A stretch of DNA of 32,000 bases from an uncultured archaeon (lineage in GTDB: Archaea > Asgardarchaeota > Thorarchaeia > Thorarchaeales > Thorarchaeaceae): NCBI GenBank assembly GCA_964354495.1, contig CAYHAA010000002.1, positions 1 through 32,000 of the forward strand, given 5' to 3'. Under the pieces are notes generated by a model. The model worked only from the letters and a program-made list of their open reading frames with translations, searched no databases and was not told where the DNA came from. The translations under genes were made by a program, and so were the position numbers. This document shows positions 26,011-32,000 of this stretch, in pieces. Numbering within the stretch: the stretch's first letter is position 1; each line of letters starts with the position of its first letter.

Positions 26011-27084
26011 ATGGAAGAGGTCATTGTTGAGTATGTAGATAAAGAGAACAAAGAGTGCAGATACGAGGTAGATGATGTAGCAATTACATCACTTGACCTC
26101 TCTCGTCGAGGTATTGCCACCATTCATCTCGAGTCTCTCAAAGGGCTAGATCATCTCCGCAATCTCCAGCTTGAGAACAATGCAATTTCTGACATAGACC
26201 TCAGTCCCCTTGCCAAATTGCCTAGTCTTATGACCTTGAGTCTCTTCAAGAACTCTCTCACTTCGATAGAACTGACACATCTTGCCAGTGTCGCAAATCT
26301 AAAGGAGCTCCATCTGGGTTCAAACAACCTTGAAGAGATTGACCTCAGACCGCTATCCAAATGCAAGAACCTCACAAGACTGCGTCTCTTAGGGAATCGA
26401 CTTACGCACCTAGACGTCTCACCTTTGGTGTCATGCAAAACACTCGCGAGTCTTGAGATTGAGAACAATCAGTTCAGGGATCTTGATATCACCGGCTTGG
26501 CAGGGTGCATAGAATTGCAGCAGCTAAATCTGATGTATAACTCGCTATCGCGCGTGGATCTTAGTCCGCTGGCAAGCTGTACTAATATGAAATTCCTGTA
26601 TCTGCACCATAACGAATTGGAATCGATTGATCTAAAACCTCTTGAGAATTGTCATGACCTCCGCATTCTTAGATTGGGCGGAAACAGGCTCAGAATCATT
26701 GACCTGAATCCACTCGCAGCCTGTACTCAGTTACGCCGTCTAGATCTCGCCATGAATAAGATCAACCAGCTGGACTTGTCACCACTTGCCAACGCTAAGA
26801 AGCTCACAGCGCTTGATATTGCAGGCAACCAGCTCAGCGCGATCGACCTCACATCATTGTCAAAATGCAAAGAGCTAGCTGAGCTTTATCTTCACAGTGA
26901 CCATCCGCAAGAGAACAATTTCAAAGAGATCAACATTACTCCGCTTTTCAAATGTAAGCAACTCGAAGATGTCAGCATCGCCAAAGATACGGTGATTCAT
27001 GCTAAGGCTAGTCTTGAAGATTCTGAGGATATACCTGCGGCGCTTGAAGAATTGGTTCATGATCGTAGGATCAAATGGATTTAG
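26011..27084 (+). CDS. Leucine-rich repeat protein (about 12-13 repeats of 22 aa)
   Basis: Regular LxxLxLxxNxLxxIDLxPLxxCxx repeats. No signal peptide or TM segment evident. Confidence 0.92.
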   Translation: MEEVIVEYVDKENKECRYEVDDVAITSLDLSRRGIATIHLESLKGLDHLRNLQLENNAISDIDLSPLAKLPSLMTLSLFKNSLTSIELTHLASVANLKELHLGSNNLEEIDLRPLSKCKNLTRLRLLGNRLTHLDVSPLVSCKTLASLEIENNQFRDLDITGLAGCIELQQLNLMYNSLSRVDLSPLASCTNMKFLYLHHNELESIDLKPLENCHDLRILRLGGNRLRIIDLNPLAACTQLRRLDLAMNKINQLDLSPLANAKKLTALDIAGNQLSAIDLTSLSKCKELAELYLHSDHPQENNFKEINITPLFKCKQLEDVSIAKDTVIHAKASLEDSEDIPAALEELVHDRRIKWI

Positions 27085-27228
27085 GACCTTCGTACCGGAT
27101 GTAGTAAGAGAGCTCTGCAAGAATTCTATCATGCAAGACGATTGAGTCAACGAACATTCACGCTATGATTGGGTAGGCAAAGGGAATATATTAAAACCTA
27201 CACGACTCCTAGCTAGGATGTGACTAAC

Positions 27229-27873
27229 ATGGTCGTTGAAATGGACGAAGCTACTCGAGAGCAAGTCAGAGAGATGTTCGAGAACCTCGTTAACAAAGTG
27301 ACTATTCACTTGTTCACTGAAAGCGAGAAGTGCCTGTACTGCAATGATACTCGTGATTTGGTTCAGTTAGTCGCAGAATTATCAGACTTGATCAAGGTTG
27401 AGGAGCATCAGGGGTCGCTTGAGAGCAGTCTAGCCAAGAAACTAGGAGTCAAACGACATCCGGCCATAGTACTTCATGGGAAGGATGAGTACAAGGTCAA
27501 ATTCTACGGAATTCCGGCAGGCCATGAATTCGGAGCGCTAATCGGAGGTATCTTGGATGTATCAAATGGAGCAGTCCCTCTCCCACCGGATATAATCGAG
27601 GATATTCGTGCGATAGACAAACCAATTCACATTCGCGTCTTCGTTACTCCTCAGTGCCCGTATTGTCCAGGCATGACCAGGCTTGCTCATCAGGCAGCCA
27701 TACTTAATCCACTCATCGACTCTGAGATGTACGAGTCACTCGAAATGCAGGAAGATGCAGCCAAATTCGAGGTATTTGGAGTACCCAAAACAATCTTCAA
27801 TGATACCGTGACTGTCGATGGGCTAACACCTCCGGAGATGTTCGTTGAGAAACTCTACGAAGCGATTGAGTAG
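27229..27873 (+). CDS. Protein disulfide oxidoreductase (PDO, two thioredoxin folds)
   Basis: CLYC and CPYC motifs, FYGIPAGHEF, GVPKT. Architecture of Pyrococcus PDO/AhpF N-terminal domain. Confidence 0.92.
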   Translation: MVVEMDEATREQVREMFENLVNKVTIHLFTESEKCLYCNDTRDLVQLVAELSDLIKVEEHQGSLESSLAKKLGVKRHPAIVLHGKDEYKVKFYGIPAGHEFGALIGGILDVSNGAVPLPPDIIEDIRAIDKPIHIRVFVTPQCPYCPGMTRLAHQAAILNPLIDSEMYESLEMQEDAAKFEVFGVPKTIFNDTVTVDGLTPPEMFVEKLYEAIE

Positions 27874-27918
27874 CTCAATTGAAAGGATTTATTGATGAGA
27901 GGTGTGGCTCGCCGTATC

Positions 27919-28203
27919 ATGGAAACTCAATCTTACGTTATTGTGCTTAGGCCTGCAGACAAGTATGGAAGTCCGGGAACTGATGAACGTGTCAATGAGC
28001 ATTTTGAGTATCTAAAGGAACTGCTGAAGAAAGGAATTCTCACAATGGCCGGAAGATTGTCAGAAGTCCTGATTGGGCTCGTTATGATCGAAGTTGCTAC
28101 GCGTGACAAAGCTCTCGATTTCATGAGAAATGATCCGGCAGTCAAATCGGGAGTATTTCATGCAGAGCTGTATCCCTGGAGGATTGCACTGAAAGCGACC
28201 TGA
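27919..28203 (+). CDS. YciI-family protein
   Basis: NEHFEYL...LTMAGR...RNDPAVKSG. GAGGTG RBS before ATG 27919. Confidence 0.82.
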   Translation: METQSYVIVLRPADKYGSPGTDERVNEHFEYLKELLKKGILTMAGRLSEVLIGLVMIEVATRDKALDFMRNDPAVKSGVFHAELYPWRIALKAT

Positions 28204-28239
28204 AAGAATGCTAGTGCGATTAGTATGAGTTTCTGTGTG

Positions 28240-29169
28240 CTACTTGCATGCTAAGATGAATTCATGCTCGTTCACATACTTGTAGGCTTGGTAAGCAGCA
28301 TTCACGCCCTCAGCAACACCAGTGATTGCCTGCTTGAATTCGCTATCTACAACATCACCAGCGGCAAATATCCCTTCGACGTTAGTCCTGCTTGATCGGT
28401 CGATCATTATCTCCCCTTTCGCATTGAGCTTGACCCCCAACTTAGCCGCTAGGTTTGAGTATGGAATACCCCCGATAGCCACAAAGACGCCATCAAGATT
28501 CAGTGTGTTCGAACCGTTATGGGAATTGTCAAGTTTGACGCCCGTCACTTTGTTACTGCCCAGTATCTCGATGACGTTAGTCTTCGTGATGACCTCAATC
28601 TTGGGTTCTCTCATGGCCCGTGCACCATTGATGGGTTCAGGATGTATTTTTTCATTACGATAGATGATGTAGACCTTAGGACAGTACTTGGCAAGCAGAA
28701 GTGCCTCCTTGACTGCACTATCGCTGCCACCAACAACAGCGACAACCTTGTCCTTGTAAAGTGGTGCATCACATAGAGCACAATAACTCACACCCTTGTT
28801 CTTCAGCTCATTGTGCCCGGGTACCTTCAACTCTCGATCCTTCATTCCTGTGGCAAAGAGGAGAGATTTCGCCAGAAACGATTTGTTCTCCGTGACAACA
28901 TAGAATATCTTCTCTTTGCTTCTGAAGACGTCCGTCACAGTTCCTGCTTCCATGAAGACAGGGTAGTCAAGTGCATGGGCCTTAACCTTCTCAGCGAGTT
29001 CTTTTCCAGTGAGCTGAATAAAGCCCGGGAAGTTCGCCACATCGTCAGTAAGAGTTATCGTGCCGCCATCGACATTACCAATGACTGCCACGCTCAGATC
29101 AAGCCTAGCTGCATACATTGCTGCGCTGTATCCAGTCACACCAGAACCAATGATTGCTAGGTCGTACAT
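28240..29169 (-). CDS. trxB: Low-molecular-weight thioredoxin reductase-like flavoprotein
   Basis: IIGSGVTG FAD loop, GVSYCALCD redox CxxC, TNVEGIFAAGD, QAITGVAEG. Confidence 0.92.
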   Translation of the reverse strand: MYDLAIIGSGVTGYSAAMYAARLDLSVAVIGNVDGGTITLTDDVANFPGFIQLTGKELAEKVKAHALDYPVFMEAGTVTDVFRSKEKIFYVVTENKSFLAKSLLFATGMKDRELKVPGHNELKNKGVSYCALCDAPLYKDKVVAVVGGSDSAVKEALLLAKYCPKVYIIYRNEKIHPEPINGARAMREPKIEVITKTNVIEILGSNKVTGVKLDNSHNGSNTLNLDGVFVAIGGIPYSNLAAKLGVKLNAKGEIMIDRSSRTNVEGIFAAGDVVDSEFKQAITGVAEGVNAAYQAYKYVNEHEFILACK

Positions 29170-29173
29170 TGTA

Positions 29174-29416
29174 TCACACTCCTACCTGTCGCTTAATTCT
29201 TCTCTCGACACGGCTGTCGAAACCTAGAAAGATGCTGTCCCCGATTACTGTGACAGGTACAGCAAGTTGACCACTGACTCTCTTTAGTTCCTCTAGGGCT
29301 TCAGGTGATGCAAGAATGCACTTCTCCTCAAAATCGATTCTGTTTTGTTTGAGGAAAGCCATGAGTTTTCGCGAATGAGGACACTCTGGTGCTGTGTAGA
29401 CTATTGCCTTGGGCAT
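29174..29416 (-). CDS. Glutaredoxin/NrdH-like redoxin with CxxS (CPHS) motif
   Basis: VYTAPECPHS, SGQLAVPV, FLGFD. AGGAG RBS, 4 nt upstream of the trxB start. Confidence 0.88.
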   Translation of the reverse strand: MPKAIVYTAPECPHSRKLMAFLKQNRIDFEEKCILASPEALEELKRVSGQLAVPVTVIGDSIFLGFDSRVERRIKRQVGV

Positions 29417-29580
29417 ATGTGACGTCTCCTGAATATGCCAAATGAGGTGTAAAACCAGTTACGGTTATCGTTGATATATATTGTGAAGAAGCAATTCGGG
29501 AATTCCTCAGGATGCCCATTAGTGAATAGTCTTAAGTAACAGAGAGCTCTATTGCCTATCATATACGGGAGTGTACTAGA

Positions 29581-30057
29581 TTGAACAAAGAAGAAACTCT
29601 GAAGTTCATCGACAAACAGATTGTTCTAGAACACAAGATCATTGAGATTGTGAAAGAGAATGTGGAGAAACTTGGTAACGTTTTTGTCAAGGATTTGCTC
29701 CTAGCCATCTCAACAGACTCGCAAAAGCACGCAGCGCTCCTGAAGTCTCTAAGAAAAACAGTAGAGGGCCCAACACCCTTCATCAGTGAGACCGAGCGCA
29801 ACAAGATTGCTAAGGGCATAGAGGCACACATCAAGATGGAGGAGCAGGCCGTGCAGACATATGCTGAGTTGATTGCGAAAAGTAAGAGTGAACAGGTTAG
29901 GACCATTGCTAGCATGATTCGAGAAGATGAGTTGCGGCATCATGCTCTTTTGAAGGAGCTTCACAAAGCGGTCATAGAACCGGAAACGCTCACTGAAGAT
30001 ATGATTTGGGACACTATTTGGAAAGACACTCCATGGCATGGCACTCCGGGCGGATAG
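29581..30057 (+). CDS. Ferritin-like (rubrerythrin-type four-helix) protein with Trp-rich tail ending Gly-Gly
   Basis: Two helix pairs with E...DSQKH and E...DELRH motifs. C-terminus IWDTIWKDTPWHGTPGG. GGAG RBS before TTG. Confidence 0.82.
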   Translation: MNKEETLKFIDKQIVLEHKIIEIVKENVEKLGNVFVKDLLLAISTDSQKHAALLKSLRKTVEGPTPFISETERNKIAKGIEAHIKMEEQAVQTYAELIAKSKSEQVRTIASMIREDELRHHALLKELHKAVIEPETLTEDMIWDTIWKDTPWHGTPGG

Positions 30058-30304
30058 TCGCTCCAAGATCTACCATGTTGCGTAGGGTGAGTTGAGAACA
30101 CCATCAGCCTTCTCATTGTATGACAATCACTCATTCATGGAGCCACCTGAGTTCGTGTCGAAGCAGCTCAATACTTCCACATGTCGTGAAAGAGAAGCCT
30201 ACAATCGAATTTGAAAGGATGCAAGAAAGGCCAATTGCTAACGCTTATGTTGGTGCTTGCATTCCTATAAACGGCTTTGAGTTAAGAGATACTGAGGTCT
30301 AGAG

Positions 30305-32000
30305 ATGACAATTGAAGATGTAAAGCGGACCGATACAGGAATCGCTCTCCTACTTGCTAACGAGGCCGTGGTACGCGGAGCTTTAGAGGCAAATGTGAAG
30401 GTAGTGGCATTCTACCCCGGTTCACCCACATCAGAGATCTTGGATACGTTCAGCGAAGTCATTGATCATTTTGGTGACTACAAGATGCATATCTCGTCGA
30501 ACGAGAAAGTTGCGCTTGAGACCGTTGCCGGAGCCTCGATGGCTGGAATGAGGTCATTCACATCTATGAAGAGCGTCGGAATGAATGTCGCAAGCGACTC
30601 AATGTTCAGCATAGCGTATACCGGACTCAATGCGGGTTGTGTGTGTCTCATTGCAGATGACCCACATGCACACTCCTCTCAATCTGAGCAGGATGGACGA
30701 TACTTTGGAGAGGCTGCCTACATACCTATGCTTGAACCATCAACCGCTCAGGAGGCGCTTGATATGACGAAATGGGCTTTCGAGGTCTCGGAGAAGCACA
30801 AGACTCTGGTCATCCTCAGAACTACGACGCGTGTCAATCATCAGCGTGGGATGGTGAAGCTCGGCAAGCTTGAGAGGACTCCATTCAAGAAGAACAAATG
30901 GCAAGACATCAAAGGACCTTACTACACCGTCGGAGCTGTAGCTAGAGCGCTAAAGGCGAAGCTTCTGCAGAAGACTGACGCGATTAAAGCGGATTTCGAG
31001 GAATCTGATTTCAACTTCGTTGTACCAGGTAGCGGCGCTGTGGGGATACTGAATGCAGGCGTTTCTTATGCTCATACGAGAGAAGCAATGCGGAATCTTA
31101 GAGTGAAGCTGCCGATATTCAAGCTTGGCACTCTCTTCCCGCTTCCTGAGAAGAAACTTGGAGAATTCCTGAAGACTATATCTACTCTCATAGTCGTGGA
31201 GGAACTGACACCCTATCTTGAAACACGAGTAATGGCACTAGCACATAGATACAATCCGAGTCTCAATATCGTGGGCAAAAGAAGTGGACACTTCAGTGAG
31301 ATGCTTGAGTATAACGTGCCAATTGTCGAAACCGTGTTGGCTGATGTCCTCGGAAAGAAAGCAAGTATGGACTATGATGCAATCCTGAAGAAAGCTGAAA
31401 AGCTCAAAGACATCCTTCCAGAGAGACCTCCAATCTTCTGTCCTGGCTGTCCACACAGGGGCACGCTATGGGCCTTCCGACAAGCCCTACAGCAATTACG
31501 GATTCAAAGCAAAATTGTGTTCAACAACGATATTGGCTGCTACTCCATGGCTTTCCTTCCACCGAATGAGTTCAGTGATTCAATGCTAGCGATGGGATCT
31601 TCGTTGGGAGTTTCTGCTGGTATGGAGATGGCACTAGAAGACAAAGTGATTGCCATGGTGGGAGATAGCACTCTGTACCATGCAGCTCTTCCTGGCGTTG
31701 TCAACCTCATCCATCACAATGCGAACGTGACACTCTTTGTCCTTGACAACGCAGTCACTGCAATGACAGGACAGCAATATAATCCAAACTCGCCCTATAA
31801 TGCAGGCGGACATGAAGCACGTAAGATCAACATGGAAAAGATGTTCGAGGCGCTCGGGGCAGACTCTGTCACCATAATCGATCCCTACGAAACACGTGAT
31901 TGTGTCGCTCCTATCAAGAAGGCAATCGAGAGCGATGGTTTCAATGTCATAATCTCCCGACGTGACTGTGCACTCTACGGCGACCGTCTCAAGAGAAACG
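30305..32000 (+). CDS. iorA: Indolepyruvate:ferredoxin oxidoreductase alpha subunit (runs off the window)
   Basis: Hand translation: NEAVVRGALEA, YPGSPTSEI, NEKVALE, MKSVGMNVASD, SSQSEQD, FCPGCPHR, DIGCY, TPP motif GDSTLYH..LDNAVTAMTG. Confidence 0.94.
   Translation, partial: MTIEDVKRTDTGIALLLANEAVVRGALEANVKVVAFYPGSPTSEILDTFSEVIDHFGDYKMHISSNEKVALETVAGASMAGMRSFTSMKSVGMNVASDSMFSIAYTGLNAGCVCLIADDPHAHSSQSEQDGRYFGEAAYIPMLEPSTAQEALDMTKWAFEVSEKHKTLVILRTTTRVNHQRGMVKLGKLERTPFKKNKWQDIKGPYYTVGAVARALKAKLLQKTDAIKADFEESDFNFVVPGSGAVGILNAGVSYAHTREAMRNLRVKLPIFKLGTLFPLPEKKLGEFLKTISTLIVVEELTPYLETRVMALAHRYNPSLNIVGKRSGHFSEMLEYNVPIVETVLADVLGKKASMDYDAILKKAEKLKDILPERPPIFCPGCPHRGTLWAFRQALQQLRIQSKIVFNNDIGCYSMAFLPPNEFSDSMLAMGSSLGVSAGMEMALEDKVIAMVGDSTLYHAALPGVVNLIHHNANVTLFVLDNAVTAMTGQQYNPNSPYNAGGHEARKINMEKMFEALGADSVTIIDPYETRDCVAPIKKAIESDGFNVIISRRDCALYGDRLKRN

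Noticed and set aside
2838-27220. N-terminal extensions in the ORF track (e.g. 2838, 6236, 13280, 14136, 18883, 23522, 25963)
   Set aside because: Downstream starts have better RBS spacing and coincide with the start of family homology.
28000-28242. Amber (pyrrolysine) read-through after the TrxR stop
   Set aside because: The extension would run antisense through yciI and shows no domain features.
24168-29416. Selenocysteine in DsrE, PDO, TrxR or Grx
   Set aside because: All active-site positions are TGC/TGT Cys or Ser codons. No in-frame TGA interrupts a homologous frame.
30120-30302. 60-aa ORF upstream of iorA
   Set aside because: No recognisable motif or RBS, and it overlaps the expected iorA promoter region.
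30350-30365. IorA reads LLANEA rather than the usual LLGNEA
   Set aside because: A single small-residue change with all other motifs intact.
1-32000. CRISPR arrays, tRNA, rRNA, SRP or RNase P RNA
   Set aside because: I saw no regularly spaced repeats, cloverleaf T-loop/D-loop signatures or conserved RNA motifs. A covariance-model scan would be needed to exclude divergent RNAs.

Overview
Archaeal chromosomal window that is densely coding. Archaeal origin is shown directly by two TATA-binding protein genes, TATA-like promoters and GGAG/GGTG ribosome-binding sites. An Asgard (Thorarchaeia-like) origin is only my inference from the LRR/HEAT proteins and gene content. From left to right: partial oligoendopeptidase F; a complete IS5-family element with 18-bp TIRs and a 9-bp target duplication; a LivKHMGF-type ABC transporter operon extended by a HEAT-repeat protein and an acyl-CoA ligase; an MBL hydrolase; a 4-hydroxybutyryl-CoA dehydratase-like enzyme; two tandem TBP paralogues; two small membrane proteins; isoaspartyl peptidase; a 132-bp inverted-repeat element; thioredoxin; an EamA transporter; M32 carboxypeptidase; two ICMT-family membrane methyltransferases; a radical SAM gene with no canonical start codon; a hidden 48-aa His-rich ORF; a DUF22-like gene; a dsrEFH/tusDCB triad; an LRR protein; a thiol-redox cluster (PDO, YciI, TrxR, CxxS glutaredoxin, ferritin-like protein ending in Gly-Gly); and partial iorA. 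I found no rRNA, tRNA or CRISPR array. The best leads are the tandem TBPs, the transporter-HEAT-ligase operon facing an AbfD-like enzyme that lacks a catalytic Glu, and the atypical redox/sulfur-relay neighbourhood. All family calls come from motif recognition; no database search was run.
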